A stretch of 61,493 bases of DNA, counting the filler, from Choristocarpus tenellus KU-1152 (taxonomy: Eukaryota > Protista > Phaeophyceae): assembly GCA_964200185.2 (NCBI GenBank). It is 11 parts of 11 records of this genome, joined end to end, with 100 filler letters (N's around TTAATTAATTAA, not from the genome) between each part and the next. Parts side by side here need not be neighbours in the genome. Positions count along the whole stretch, not along the records: positions 24,875 to 35,354 come from CAXNAD020002904.1; positions 35,455 to 40,536 come from CAXNAD020011935.1; positions 40,637 to 49,270 come from CAXNAD020004510.1; 8 more parts are not named here. One strand, 5' to 3'. Every line of letters begins with the position of its first letter. Positions within the stretch are counted from its first letter, which is position 1. Shown in pieces: positions 25,090 to 40,685 of the stretch. The notes under the pieces are model-generated. The model worked only from the letters and a program-made list of their open reading frames with translations, had not been told where the DNA came from and did no database searches. Made by a program: the position numbers and the translations under genes.

Positions 25090-25900
25090 GATTTGGGAGA
25101 TACTTCAACAGTATCACCTTATGAACCCCATTTTGCCGTTAGCTACACACTTGTTCTACTCCCATTCGCTAGTAACCTCTATATTCCAACCCCTATTTCC
25201 AATGCCAAACTTGTCAAGGTCTTCTTGGAGACATGCCCACTAGTTCTTCTCCGTCCACCCTGCTTCCGTTTTCCATCTGCGAGCTCCCTAAACGTCAGCA
25301 TCTTGGGAATTCGCTCATTCCCGATGTGAGCAAGTAACTGACCAAGGAAACAGGAACGTTCGTTTGCGCACGCCGTTGGCTCGATTCCTTCACACCCAGT
25401 CTCATAGGAGCATTCTATGTTGGAGAAGAGATGTTCGATGCGTTACTGTTTGTGGAAACATGTGCAGAGGAGGAATTCGTCATAGTGGGAGCGGGGCTTC
25501 AGATATTTGCCCTCCCCAAGTGTCCACGTCATAATACCATATGGTAAAACTTCACGTACTTCACCTTTGAACTCTGATCTCAGGAGCAATGATTTTTGCA
25601 TCATTAGTGATGGTTCTTTCGAGTTGAACAAATATATAGATGTGCTTATAAGTGTGGTCAAATGCTAAATCTGCATCGTTTCAAGCATCCTGATTAGGAC
25701 TGGTAACAAACATTATCTCCATTAATACCCATACAATCACAAGGAATGATCTGGTATCCAAGCCATTGGAACAAACCTGTTAAGGTGTTGGAGACAATGT
25801 TAGCATTTTCACCATAAACAATGCCCCACAAAAAGCCGAATATGGGTTGGTAGGTGTTACATACTAAAAACAGAACCATTTTGTTCTGACAAATGTAGGG
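25090..25900 (-). mobile_element. Degenerate RTE-clade LINE, reverse transcriptase C-terminal part
   Basis: Broken frames give LWGIVYGENANIVS (decayed WGMLYADDAGIVS), KGEVREVLPYGIMTWTL, ETGCEGIE and GNERIPKMLTFRELADGKRKQGG, in the order expected for an RTE 3' end. Confidence 0.75.
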
Positions 25901-26643
25901 AGAATAGAGAGGAATATCATATTTTTGAAATTTGTTTTGAATTGAAAGAAAGTTCTTTTCGGAGGAAATCGGGTACACATAGGAATTTGATTAAGACAAT
26001 TTTCAGATCGAATTGAAGGGTTAGTCGACATTATTCAATTTCAAGAACAGATGAGAATATATGAAGAACGAAATTTGTAGAGTTCTCATATTATAATCAT
26101 ACAATTAAATGAAGATGTGATTCTTCTCTTACGTTGGAGATAAGTATAATTTACTACTCACACTTTCCTCTCTCTCTATTTTTATTATTTCACACTATAA
26201 CATTTTACGAGAAAAACAATAAAAAACCAATCAAATATCAGAACAACAGTGAAAATGTAGTTGTAAGTGTGAAAGACATTTTTTTATTCACGATTTATTA
26301 CTAGTTATCCTACACAATTAATTACCTCTCTCTATTATTATCCACTCTTACATTTTACAGATCTGTGAAGGAAAGAGTTGATTCAATATTAATGTATAAC
26401 CAACCCTACAATAGGAACAGTTGTAGTACATGTTTGAAACGTTGTGTGAAAAAACGAACAACCTAACTTATTCCCTCCAATAAGAAGGTGGTTACTCGAA
26501 GTGAAGTCTGCATATTTTTATGTTTATCGACAGCAAATGTTTCCTTCTCCCCTCTATCCCGCTTCTTCTGTCTATCCATCATATCAAACCCCTTTCCCAC
26601 ATATCCACTTGTGTCAATCGCTTGGAGCTCAATAACGAGGAAC

Positions 26644-27339
26644 ATGGCTACTAACCTGGATACAAACGGGGTCTGTGAGGAAAAGTCGTATGACATCACA
26701 GGTGATGTATGGGTCGGGATGGAGCCTTCAAACTTGAAACCAGCACAAGATTCCTGACTATCCCATTCTAGATGCGGTTGATCCCCACTCTTACGATTAC
26801 CACTCCACAAGAGCTACTGCAATCTTAACCAGCGCCCCACCTCCCACCTTCACTGACTCATACTTTGGAACTTCAACTACGCAGATACTGGGTGCCAAGT
26901 CTTGATGTGGCTCATGACTCCTTGTTCATGTCTTGCATTTATTCCTGGGCTTGTTGGAAAGAAGCAACTCACACTTGAAGCGGAGGAGGCAGTGCTGACA
27001 GTTGACTCGTGCATGGGCTGCCACATCAACACGCGTCGGCCATACGGCGAGCTTCAGAGTGTGGATACGGTGAAGTGTTTGTGTTGTGTTGGGTTCAGTT
27101 CAGGTATAACAGGGCGAGACGGAGAAAGTTTTCCTGGTTGGGGTTGCAACAATGTATTGGTTACGGAGATTGTGGACGAGTTGAAGGCCAGGATGAAGAT
27201 TAGGGGTGATACAGGGCAAATGAAACTGATGGAGCAGAACAGTAAGCAGCTTACACACCTGCACGCCAAAGTGGATGCTGTAATGAGCCATTTGGAAATA
27301 CCTGCTGTACCAGAGCCAATGTCGATGCAGAACAGGTGA
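26644..27339 (+). CDS. Uncharacterised Cys-rich protein, 2 exons, 170 aa
   Basis: Exons 26644-26701 and 26885-27339 (phase 1, GT-AG). Motifs EEKSYDIT, LTLEAEEAVL, RRPYGELQSVD, CLCCVG, PGWGC, EIVDELKARMKIRGDTGQ, then a coiled-coil-like tail. Confidence 0.8.
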
Positions 27340-29275
27340 TGACAAAACGAATGCTCACCTGTCTAGTACTGCGCACAACAGGTTACTTCCAGCTGCTCAG
27401 GCTCATTTGACCCTGCGAAGTCTAGGAGAATGCTGTCCTCAACGTTTTTCTATATTTCCTACTGTCATCGTACTTGTGGTTTCTAATGCCTTTCGTGGGT
27501 GTGATCCTTCGGCAAAGGAACTGAGAGAACTGAGGAAAATATTCCATTAGCAAGGTAATCTGAAAGCGATCACCACCACAACTACACTAATGGTCACTAA
27601 GCTGTTGTTTCTGGGATATGATGCTATGACCAGAGAGGACTGGATGAGTAGAGATGTACCTCTTTTTACCTGTTTTTTTGTTGTGTTGTGGTGAATGGAG
27701 ATGTTTTGGACATGGTTTCTCTTTCTCCTAAAACTTTTTTTTTGTAGCACCTCTCTGCTGTGCGTCAGATTGGAATGTTGTGGAGGCATGCATGTTTTTC
27801 TGGATGGATCCTTCCCATTGGACCTTGTGCGCATGTCGCCAGGAGGTTTGTCCTTGTTTTGTCCCAAGTTATTTATTCCATGTATGTGTATTCACAGTGG
27901 AGCTGTGCAAAATTATTGTTCTTGATGCCTATCACCAGGAGCTGTTCCGATTCTTTGTATGAGTATTTTTGCCTGGTGCTCATCCAGTTATTTATTTTCA
28001 ATGGGCACTGTGCCTGTGGGATGCTATTTTTGTGCATGTCGGCCATACGAATTTAATACTTTTCAAACCTTTGTCCTTGGTGTTTTTTGAGTGTTTTGTT
28101 TTCTTCAGTTTAATATTTCTGCATCTCTTCGCAGTTTTTCTTTTATGTCTCTCTTCTCATTGGACTACAAACTTTGTGATAATAATAAAATGTTATAACC
28201 CATACCTGCACTTAGGATTGGTAGAGGGATGCATATCTTGGCATGAACTCGCATTCCTGAGTCTGCATATGGGCATGTTGCAATTAGCTATGTGGCAGTA
28301 AGCATAGTTAGCGAGTTTTGACTGTAAGGGAAGGGTAAGTTCCACATCTTGGCCACAAATTGTTTTGTGCCAGTTGTGTGTGAAATGTTGAGCTCTATAC
28401 CCCTGTCTAGGATACTTTAACTCTGTCTGGACCAACAGGGCTTGCACATCAATTTCTAAAGGAAGGGAATTAGCCCCCGTTGACCTCGCTGGCCCACAGC
28501 TCCCACAATAGGGAGTACTAAGTCGATTGGCAGTTTTCCACTACAGGTCTTGTACCATCAGAGACTTTCTTGGCCAGCATTGTTAGGTACAGAATGTAAA
28601 CTATAAAGTACTGGAGGTACTGTTTTTGATGTACTCAGTATGTATTTGAATGAACTAGCTAGTACAGAGAGAGGTATGCTTTAAGAGGGGCTGTAGTATC
28701 ACATGGTTCAACAAGCCCTTCTTGAATCCCTTAGTACTACACATCATATGGAATTGTGCTTTTAAGTTTGACATATTACTAATAATGATCACATTCTTAC
28801 AACTTTCTCCACACTTCTTGGACTGTCAACATGGAGCTATGGGCTGGAGTGAGCAAAGGGGTCCAAGAACGTGTGACAGTGTCAGGGCCTTTCCAGAAGG
28901 CAGCGCATTGGCTGCACTAGTTCCTCCAGTCAGCACTCCTACTCTCTCATACCTATTCTTTGCCGAGCCCACCATGCCTGAAATGGCTTTATTTTGCAAT
29001 TTTTGCACTCAACATGGCTTCTAGTTGGTGCAGGTGTGACCACCCGATTCACTGGACCAGTTTGTATGATCTGCAGACCAAAGTGACACTCTTTTCCCAG
29101 CAGTCAGTGAGCACCCCCTTGTGTTATATGTTGTTTCCTGCCCATCCTTTTGTAAAGGGTCGTCTATTGTCTTCTCGCGTTTTCACCACTTTTAAATTTG
29201 GCTGCAATGAGGGCTGGGATCGAGTGTGGGTCACAGTGGTCACTGTGGGTGTGCCTTCCAATGTAGTAATTGCTT

Positions 29276-31497
29276 CACACGTCGGATAAATCAAATCTGA
29301 TTTGTGGCCTACAAATCAATATTGGACAAATGAATGGCCATTCCTGTCATAAATCTGAGATGTGTACGTTGGGGGCACATACGTTCTCGCAGATCAAAGA
29401 ATTAGGAGTCACCATTTGTGAATCCGATCATTTATCCTCGATCGTCTTTCTGAGATTGGTGTGGGATAAATCTTCCAACAGCAAAACGACATGTTGACAA
29501 AATCAACACACGACTGTGATTTGTACAACTTGAGTTCGCAAGAAAAAACATAGTGGAGGCATTCAAATCAATGTATTTGTACCAGAGAACCGTCCATACA
29601 TCGTTTGCGGATAGGAGCGTGGTTTGTACAAATATTTGTATATGATTCATAGACGGGTAAGTGGTACGAGAAAAATTCGGATGTGTTTGCAGAGGATGAG
29701 TCGTACTAACAAATACAGGAGTGGTGACATTGATATTCAAAAAATGCCACCACTGACCATTGATATGCAGCAGTGTACACATAACATTGTAATTACCAAT
29801 CTTTCAGGGAGTGCTGTAGTACAGCTGGTATTCGAATAGAAAACAGTCTTTGGGAGTTGTATTCCCATTTACGACAACTGTTACTTTTACAATAGTCCTT
29901 GGTTTGGCTTTTTCCCCTGACATATCTACAAAATGTGAGCCGGGCATAATTATAATATGTGTGGAAAATATACGGGTACATCTTTTCAACTCACAAGGGT
30001 TACGGGACCTTCAACAAAACACTCTACACTAGTCATGTTACTTAGGACTCTACTACGGCTTCCACTAAAATGTGTTAGTTTACAAGGGGGAGTGATATTT
30101 TTGTATATTACCTATAGGACAAGAAGCGAACAAAGTACTGGATGTAACTACAAGTAGTAGTAGTGTGTTTGCCCAGGATGAAGAAATTCATTATGATGCC
30201 TTCTCTGATGGCGGTAAGAATATCCACTACGAAAATTGGTGTGTGCAGAACGAAATTCATCTATGGTCCAGAAAAATGCAAAGAACAAGAAATGCCACCC
30301 GAAGGTGATGAGCAAATTCAAACCATCTTCAGCGTGGTTAGTGAGCGCCCTGGTGACGAAAGAGCAGTCTGCCATAGCCTGTGCTAGCTTCCGTCTATTT
30401 TGACCCTTCCCTGGACAAGAGGGGTCGCGAATATGACGGAGAGCGTCTATTCTTGCCCAAGCTCGATGATGAGGGCTGGCTGTCTGGCTGGTTACTGTCT
30501 GATGAGCTTTTAGGCGTAACAGTGGAGCTACAATATCAATGAAGAGTTTAGGGTTGCACACAGATAGGTGAGACATGGAGGACCACCACTCTTCTCCTGT
30601 TAAAAAATTATTCCTGTGAGAGGAGAAACAGCCCTCCAAACCATATACTGGACGACGGACGGACGAATGTGTAAGTAAGTTGATATTAGTGAGGAAAATC
30701 GCCCTCTCGCCCATCGCACCACAACCAACTCCAAGCTATCTAATAATGTTAGGAGTGATTCAAGGGTCACATCAAGCTTGATTTCGACGAAAAACTCCAC
30801 TCCGATCGAAAGGTAGAGCAGGACAAATTCTGTCCTAGAGGTGACTGCCAAAACCATATGTTTCAGAGTTGAGATGGGATATTTATTAAACGTTTGGTAA
30901 TGAAAAACAAAACACCATGGATGGGGTGATGCGTAAGAGTTTATAATAGTGAATTTCATTCTCCAGAAACACACTAGTAAGCTGAGATTTGTAGACGGTT
31001 GCTCTTACCTATTAAACTTGAGCGGTTTTAGATTTGTAGATGATTGTTCTATTTAATGACGAGATAAGTTGTTCAATAATGTTCTTTCCTACTAAATCAT
31101 AACAGGAGATTTGTACAAGATTTTATTTCCTATTAATCACAATAAAGATATGTGAAGGAACGTGTGGTAGGGACAAATCACTACCACACAATTATTTCTT
31201 CTCTCGACACATACAGACAAATAATTTATTCATGCTGATAAAATGGTGAATGGTATATACAAATTATGTGTACACAGTAACCAACAAGGTTGTGTATCAA
31301 ATTGGGATCTGTGTATCATTCCCCAACATTGAGTTGTACTCAGTCCATGATTTATGGTACAAGATTCCTGGGTAGAAATGATTTGTACATCTTCACCACT
31401 CCTTCGACCTTCACATACTATTATTTGTACTTGTTTTTTTTCTCTCTACTGATTTGTGAATCACAAACAAGCTAAATCATGATTTGTCCGACGTGTG
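29276..31497. mobile_element. Non-autonomous TIR DNA transposon with CAC termini (EnSpm/CACTA-like), long copy, 2.2 kb
   Basis: TIR CACACGTCGGATAAATCA (29276-29293) / TGATTTGTCCGACGTGTG (31480-31497) matches at 17/18. Many GATTTGT/ACAAATC subterminal motifs. Homologous to 41327-42298. No TSD is visible. Confidence 0.8.
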
Positions 31498-31749
31498 AAA
31501 TGTTTGATATCATTTGTGGTTGCATGTGGGACATTGTATTTGACAGTAGGCTGTCCTGTGAGTATTCGCAGCAATAACAGAGGCACAGGAACCCTCTTAA
31601 CAGCAACAGGTTGGTATCATACAGAAGTGCCTGTACAATCCATTTTTGTAGGAAGGTAGCTGATTGTCAGCTCCTTACCTCGCAGCACCTAGAGGAGAGT
31701 AATGCTCTTGCCTTTGCACACCACCCTGAAATTTACCTGAGTCGTACTA

Positions 31750-33300
31750 TTGGTTGAGGCAGGAGTCAAGGTCCCAAGGAAGCTGTCTGCTCCCAAGGTG
31801 ATCGACCAGTATCTGGGAGTCGTTAAGTTATGGTGCGGTGAAAAGGATTGAGGAAATTCAACGACTAGATTGACAAGTCCTAAAACCTATGCAGTTTCTC
31901 CAAAGGAGGTGCCCAAGATATTTTGGTCTTCGATTGGAAATGTGGAGAATCTAATAGGCGTCCTTGCGTTTTACCGTATATGACAGATGAGGATGCATCC
32001 ATCGATACCAAGGGCTAATAAGCTACATACGAGGAAGTTCTGAGCAATCATTTTTTGTCTTTTGTCAGAAGTTGAGTCCTTGTGTGAGTTGAGAAAAGTT
32101 CATTGTCGCAGCTTGCCCGAGGATGGTCCCACATTGCTTCTGGGGTTCTATGTATCTCGAGAGACAACATAGGCGGCACGAATCGAGTCAACCTCAGGGG
32201 TTGCGATCACAACGATCATATGAGTTTAAGCAACGTTAGGTCCAATCAGCCGTTGAACCTAAGGTCGAATACTAGTGCTTGAGGGTACGTGGGCCGTCGC
32301 AAAACTTGAATCGAAGAATTCTTGCTACCTCCACGAACACCCTTGGTATCCTTCCGGGCAAGACGAACTGCATCAGGAAACCAACATTTGGGATACTATT
32401 GCCTTCCTACTTCTCCACCAATGCCCCCTTCAACTCGCACGACTTCAACTTGCTGGGATCAACTGGCCTTGATGAAAACATTATTTTATCGCTTTAGGGG
32501 GTTGGTGGAAAAATCCCCAAGTCACTACTCTAACTCGCTACTGACTTGCACGCAAGTCACAGTACAGTAGTGAACAACACTTCATATACACTAAGAGAGT
32601 TGAGGATGACAAAAATATCCCTGAACAAAATCAAACGACATGCAGAGTTTATATTACTGGAGAAGCCTTGTTGTGTCTGTTCAACTCAAGTTGAACTCAT
32701 TGTGAAACAACAAAGCGTTAATCTGTGCTTACTACCGACCTCTTCATATTCCCCACATCTTCATTCTCACGTCCACCCTCGGTCCATAATACATCTTCTC
32801 CTCAAGGACTAAAGGATATCACAGGTTACACGCTCCGCTGTCCCAGTTTAACTACCTCTAGCGGTAGTAGTCATGTTTGGGGTCACCGCCTTCACCACAC
32901 TCAGCAGGTAAACGGACCTCCGAGGTCGACTTGCCAGCTGTGGCACCCTCTATATGTAAAGTCTCACTCTTTGCTATGGCCGAGATTCATGGAATTTTCT
33001 CTCTTTATACGGGGGGATCAGATTAAATGGTGCAAATGACGAGTTTGAGACGTTCGTGTCCCCTTGGTAATTGGAACTCCCATGGACCTTTCTGTGGACC
33101 AGCTCCCTATGCGATAATTGTCTTAGATGTTATCACTCCAATATTCTTTTCCTTCTTCATGTCTTCTTTTCCTACAAGCTTTATGTTATTAGCTACGCTC
33201 AATCAACAATTATTTCCCTGGGACCCCCTACGTCTCCAATATTTCATTGCAATATGTTAAGAAATGGAGAAGTTCCATTTTTTGATATTTGTGTCTTACA
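31750..33300 (-). mobile_element. Heavily decayed Ty1/Copia-like pol remnant
   Basis: Interrupted frames loosely match Copia RT: FATAHVPSSTSIR resembles FAPTPSASSIR, and NVGPSSGKLRQ resembles GCGEMSGKIVK. There are many stops and the boundaries are approximate. Confidence 0.35.
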
Positions 33301-33544
33301 CAATCTGCGAGTTGAATTTTGTGGGCACAGCTGCTCTGTGGCTTTGGCTATTTGCTTTGACTACGCCTAGCCTAGGAGAAGGTCGATTGACTTCTTGTTA
33401 TCTTCACTAGAGTATGGTTTGACCAACACGTTGCTAACCTGGGAGACAGGACCAAGTGCCTTGAGATTCCCGATCCAACTGTACTCTCTCTCCTCGCGTG
33501 GCAATCGGTACTACGTGTGGTTTCCGTTCCGTTTGATGGTGTAG

Positions 33545-35281
<1,737 letters not shown>

Positions 35282-35755
35282 GTGTTGTCTGTGCTTGTCA
35301 GGCGTTTGTGTTTGTGTTTGCATTTGCGTGCGTGTGCGCACTTGCCGGAGGGGGNNNNNNNNNNNNNNNNNNNNNNNNNNNNNNNNNNNNNNNNNNNNTT
35401 AATTAATTAANNNNNNNNNNNNNNNNNNNNNNNNNNNNNNNNNNNNNNNNNNNNGTGTTTGGCGTTGGGTGGGTGGGCGGGGTGGGGGGGCAATTTAAAG
35501 AACCGCTTTGTATAACAATGCAGACTGCTCTCTCAGGCCTCCCCAAAATAGAACACTATTTTCCTGGATTGATTTGAGAAACGAATGGCTTTCCTTTGTC
35601 TGCATTCAGCATTCGTGGAGTGATTTGATTTGATTTGATTTTTTTTTTTAATGATATTCCTTCGTGATGGTGAACAAAACAGGAGCATTTTTTTTTTAAA
35701 ACAGGTGTTGTCTTCTCACCGATTTATTCTCATTAATTTTTGTTTTTTTGGCCAG

Positions 35756-36828
35756 GGGACTGGGGATACCAAGTCTGCGCTTACTTTGGACGCTCGAAAG
35801 CAGGTAAAATATTTGTCACATGTGTGTGTGTGTGTGTTTTTGTTTTTTTTAACTGCCTTCCTTGTTTTTAGGAGATGACAATCATTCTATTAATTTTTTT
35901 TTAAATGCCTTTGTTTTAGGTGATGATAATCGTTCTAGTAGCATATTTTTATTAACTGCCTTCCTTTGTTTTAGGAGATGACACAAATCATTCTTCTTTC
36001 TTTTTTTTAATGCCTCTATTTTAGGTGATGACAATTGTTCTAGTAACATATTTTTATTAAAACCGCCTTGTTTTTAGGTGGTGATAATCAATCTAGTAAA
36101 GTTTTTATAAACCGCCTTCCTTTGTTTTAGGTGATGACAATAATTCTAGTAACCTTTTTTTTCTTTTGATTGATTTCGACATGTTATTCGAGACTTTTTT
36201 CGTGTCTACTTTTAAACTATATTGAAGTTCATTTTTTGTTCATGGTTATTTTTTTTTTAGGCCTGAAATTGAAGAATCCAGTGTAGTATATAATGTACCA
36301 CTACTATGGGTAGTAAGTACTTGGTATTGAAAGAAAGGGAAAAAAAATGGTAGTGAATTTTTATTGTTTTTTATTGTTTTATTGATTTGGAAGTTTTAAA
36401 ACATAAAATAAATGTACTGTGTATAATGTACAGGTGATACCAACATCAGTACCGGCTCTTTTTGTTCTTTTTTTAATGTGTGTGCGCATGGTGAGAAGGC
36501 GTTTTCTTGTGGGAGTAGGTGAAGCTTGTGGTTTCTTTTTTTGAGATTTTTATGTATGTATGTATATATATGGCTCAAAATATGTGGGGAGGGGAGGGGA
36601 GGGTGGCGGCTGTCCATTCGGGGCCCATTTTTCAATGTTACGATTTTGTGTGATTTGGTTGCATGCGTCGGATGGACAATGTATGTGCACTTCTCCTGGT
36701 TAGGACCTGAATGGACACCCTGGTGTAGACCCCCCCCCCCCAGATACTTTTAGTCTATATGCGTATGTTTTTGTCCTCCCCTGAGATGGTTACTGATACA
36801 ACCAACCGGTAATGTGTTATCCCCCCCC

Positions 36829-36859
<31 letters not shown>

Positions 36860-37659
36860 AGGCTTGTCACACAATGAATGTTCTTTATTTGTTCACACTT
36901 TGAATGCTTCCTAAGGGAGTGAGTGACTGACCCATTTCATTTTATATTTTGTATTGCATTGCATTATATCATATCATATTATATTATGTTATTTACATAT
37001 GGTTTTTTGCTGGTTTGAAGGCGTTATCCCGAATAGAGCCGTCGGTGCTGAGAGAAAAGTTCATGACAAATGAGGACCTGGACATACAGAAGACAGACCG
37101 GCCAGAGAGGCTTCAGCTGCGAATGCCTAACAGGGGAGAGTTGAGGTCAGAGAGACAATTCTCTCCTGTTGTTTTTATTTTTCGATAGAACCCTTCATTT
37201 AGGATTTTTTTTAATGTAGTTATTTTAGTTGGAAAGATATGCATGGCGTGGGTGGGGTGTCGAGGTTTGTGGGGGGTTAGTTTTTGTTGGGGTTAGGGTT
37301 AGTCGAGGGTGTTCAAGAAATGTTGGAAGGCGTATTGTATTGTGTGGGGATATGTGTGTTGTGTGTGTGTTGTGTGTGTGTGTTTGTTTGTCACAGTCTC
37401 GTATGTTTTTGTTATTTTATTTTTATATTTTTCATAGTTTGACCGATTTAAATTTTAAAAAAAAATGTTTTTTGAAGTGTACGATACATATAATTTTATT
37501 TTTTGTTGTAAGAGAGTGAGGAATAGAAGGATTGGATGAAGCAAGAAGTGGTTTGTGTAGGGTTAGGGTTAGGGGTTAAGAGCTATGCCTTGACAATCAT
37601 ATGAATCAACCTGTTTCTATTGCTTTTGGATTTTTTTTTGTCTCCTTTGAAATATGTTT

Positions 37660-37691
<32 letters not shown>

Positions 37692-39126
37692 GATATCAGT
37701 GATGAAGAGCGGCGTGATGAGTCGAGGTGGATACTGGACAAGCTTGATTTCTATGAGTTTGGCCCTGCCTTCCAACCTGACATGGATGCTGTGACTAACG
37801 CCATCGAGAAGGTGCTTCGCCTGCTAGGTGTGGAGAGCCAGGAGGTCCCCTTTATTTGGCATCACAGGAAGTGAGTATGTAGGTACACAAGGATGTATTA
37901 TATTTCTTTGTAATATGTGTGTGTATAGGAATTTCTGTTGTGTTATGTATGAGTGTTGTACAGGAGGTGTTATTATTGTTATTACTATTATTATTATTAT
38001 TATTGTCATGTATTTATTATTATTATTGTTACTATTGTCACGTATTTATTATTATTATTGATGTGTGATGTGTTGTGATTGGTTTGTTTTAAAAAGGCAA
38101 ATGGAAATCACTTTTCGATTATTTTTATCTAGTACAAGAGCAGAGTAAATATTTTTTATTTCTATTGTTTCACCTGTGCAATATCTTTATTATTTTTGTG
38201 TTTTGTTTTATTTGTTTTTTTCTGAGGAGGGTCGGAAGGGTTTTAATAGGACAGATGGCGTTGTGTTGTGGATTAATCTCCTGATAAAAAAAATGAATAC
38301 TTTTTATTTTATTTTTGAGTAGATGTGATAGGTCTTTTGCTGTGTTGCTGGTGAAGATGATTGATTTCAATTTTTTAAATAATGTTTTTTAAGAATAATT
38401 ATATATGTAAAAATTGTAAGTGAAGAGTGTATACTGATTTGAACCCTGAGAGAATATTACATGTATGTACATACATTGATATATATATATATATATATAT
38501 GAATTTAGTTGCTATGAATGATGTGTTGTGTGGTTGCCCTTCTCTTGTGTTGGTGAGGAAAAAAGAGCCAGCCACGACTGATCAACACATATCAGTTTAC
38601 TTAATCAGTATTTTGTAGTATCAGATCCGACTTTTTTGGGGGGGGGGGAGGGGGGGGAATGCGATGCAATGATCCCTAACCCTATTCCAATGTTGTATAG
38701 AGAGGAAACAAAAAAAAGTACATGGAGAATTATGAACAAAGAGGCAAAGAGGAAATTTCTGTGATAAACTGTTTCGTCTAATTTTTATTTTGAAAAGCAC
38801 CTGCAGGCAGTATTTTAAAAATACCATCTATCATACCTCACCCGTATCATGACCCCCCCCCCCCATCCCCTGTTTTTGTTCACCTGTAATCCTTCTACCT
38901 GGTACTGACTGTTTGTGCTCTATTTTTATTTTTCTGTGATGTGTGGTGTTCAAACAGGGACTGCTTCCATCCCTACCTGAGTAGGTCTCACCTGTGGCAT
39001 ATCTATGATTTGGATGAGCAGTGGGATAAGATTGGACTCAGGCGTGAGAAGGTTGCAGGTGCTAGCAAGAAGCTTTGGCACGCCATGGGGGGAGGGGATT
39101 CTGATGAAGAGGAGGATCCAGAAGAG
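35756..39126 (+). CDS. SPT6: Transcription elongation factor SPT6, internal exons
   Basis: Exons 35756-35803, 37021-37145, 37700-37870 and 38958-39126 give IEPSVLREKFMTNEDLDIQKTDRPERLQLR...ESRWI...EVPFIWHHRKDC...LWHIYDLDEQW, which are Spt6 N-terminal core motifs. Confidence 0.88.
35851..36155 (+). repeat. ~52-bp minisatellite, 6 units, in an SPT6 intron
   Basis: Unit AAC(T/C)GCCTT...TTTTAGG(T/A)GATGA(C/T)AAT...TTCTAGTA at about 35851, 35903, 35954, 36009, 36061 and 36110. Confidence 0.88.
36572..36755. mobile_element. MITE family 2, complete copy (184 bp), PIF/Harbinger (Tourist)-like
   Basis: Ends GGCTCAAAATATGTGGGG / CCCCAGATACTTTTAGTC, flanked by TAT on both sides (candidate 3-bp TSD). 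Subterminal TGTCCATTC / GAATGGACA. Confidence 0.85.
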
Positions 39127-39949
39127 GTGTGGGGGTGGGGGATGAGAGAGGTCTTTCTTTTTCGTTTATATATATATTTCGTTTTTTTTTGTAGGAAGTG
39201 GGTCTGCTTTCTTTTTTTTTTAAAGATAAGAATATTGTAATTTGGTGTGGGATGTTTTATTTTTTTTAGAATATATATATATATATTTTTTACGGCGCTT
39301 TCTGTTGTGGCAGGTAGGCGTGTTGGTCTTGGATGTTGTTGCGTTTATGATATGCTTCTTTTTTTTCAAAATGTTGGGGGTTCTTGTTGGCGATATAAAA
39401 TATATAAATATGTCGTCCGAGTTTGTCCCATATTTTATATTTTTATAAATTTAATATTTTTTGTTATTGGAGTTTGATATTTGGATATTTTTAATTTAAA
39501 TATATATATTTAAATAGAGCTGTGCTAATTTGTGGGTCTGAATTTTTAATCGCGTGTAAGATTTTTTTTGTTTTTCCGTGTGTTCTTAATTTTTTGTTAA
39601 TTTTTCGAGTGAAAAATGAAAAGAGGAACTGTATTTTTTATGTTATTTTCGCCTGAGCTGATGAGAGACTCTTTTTTTTTTAAGAAGTCTTATCCGAGCT
39701 GTCGTTCCGAAGTTGAATTTTGGCTCTTCCGTGGGTATACAACCCTAACCCTGAGACTACATGCGTAGACTACATGCATACATCAAATTCAAACAAAGTA
39801 GACCAAAGTAAAGAAAAAACTAAAGACCGTGAATTTGTTAGCTGGATGTTAGTATTGGTGATTGTAACTCAAGAGCATTCTGTGTCTGATGATGTTAGCA
39901 GCCCTTTCGTGACCCTGCTAGTTCCGCAGATGTCTTGGAGTGGACGGGG

Positions 39950-40127
39950 GGGGGTATCTTGGTGGGGGGGGGAGTGGTGGCTGTCCTTTTGGAGCCCATT
40001 TTTCCATTTCGTGATTTTTCTTTTATTTGATTGCATGCATTGGATGGATATTGTAATTTCACTGGTCCTGGTTAGGGCCCGAATGGACACCCTGGTGTAG
40101 ACCCCCCCCCCCAAGATACTTCGATTC
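39950..40127. mobile_element. MITE family 2 copy, left end eroded
   Basis: Colinear with 36572-36755; right end CCCCAAGATACTTCGATTC. Confidence 0.8.
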
Positions 40128-40636
40128 TATTAATTGAGTGTTAGGCATTGGCTGTTCGATATACTGCCTTCCATAGTACCCCCTTCAAGCTTACAATCTC
40201 TTGAGCTGAAGCTTAAGAAGAAGCTAGAGGCTCCATTGAGAAGACGGTTTTAATCCTGTATCAACCCTGAGAGGTACTGTATATATGTATGGCTCATGTC
40301 CAATGCACTAAAATAGCAGACTAAGCTCAATTGATTTTTTCTTTTCTTTTCTAATCACATCCTTTATTTTTTTCTTTATCCATTTTGTCTGGTTTTCCGT
40401 TTTTTATAGGTAATGAAGTGTTGTTTTCTTCACTGTTACTACAGTAATGACTCCTTCCCCCACCCAACCACCCACCCACCCCCCAAAAAAAAAAAAAAGG
40501 CCCGGGGGGGGGGGGGTGGAGAGGGGGACACAGGGGNNNNNNNNNNNNNNNNNNNNNNNNNNNNNNNNNNNNNNNNNNNNTTAATTAATTAANNNNNNNN
40601 NNNNNNNNNNNNNNNNNNNNNNNNNNNNNNNNNNNN

Positions 40637-40685
40637 AAATGGACACCCTGGTGTAGACCCTCCCCCCCCCCGGATACTTTGGGTG
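40637..40685. mobile_element. MITE family 2, right end at contig start
   Basis: AAATGGACACCCTGGTGTAGACCC-polyC-GGATACTTTGGGTG. Confidence 0.8.

Noticed and set aside
25694-25978. Sola or piggyBac-like transposase fragment
   Set aside because: It is better explained as the decayed YADD region of the RTE LINE, since the downstream motifs are colinear with RTE.
30148-30714. 188-aa ORF as the element's transposase
   Set aside because: No DDE or zinc-finger motif is recognisable; kept only as unexplained internal sequence.
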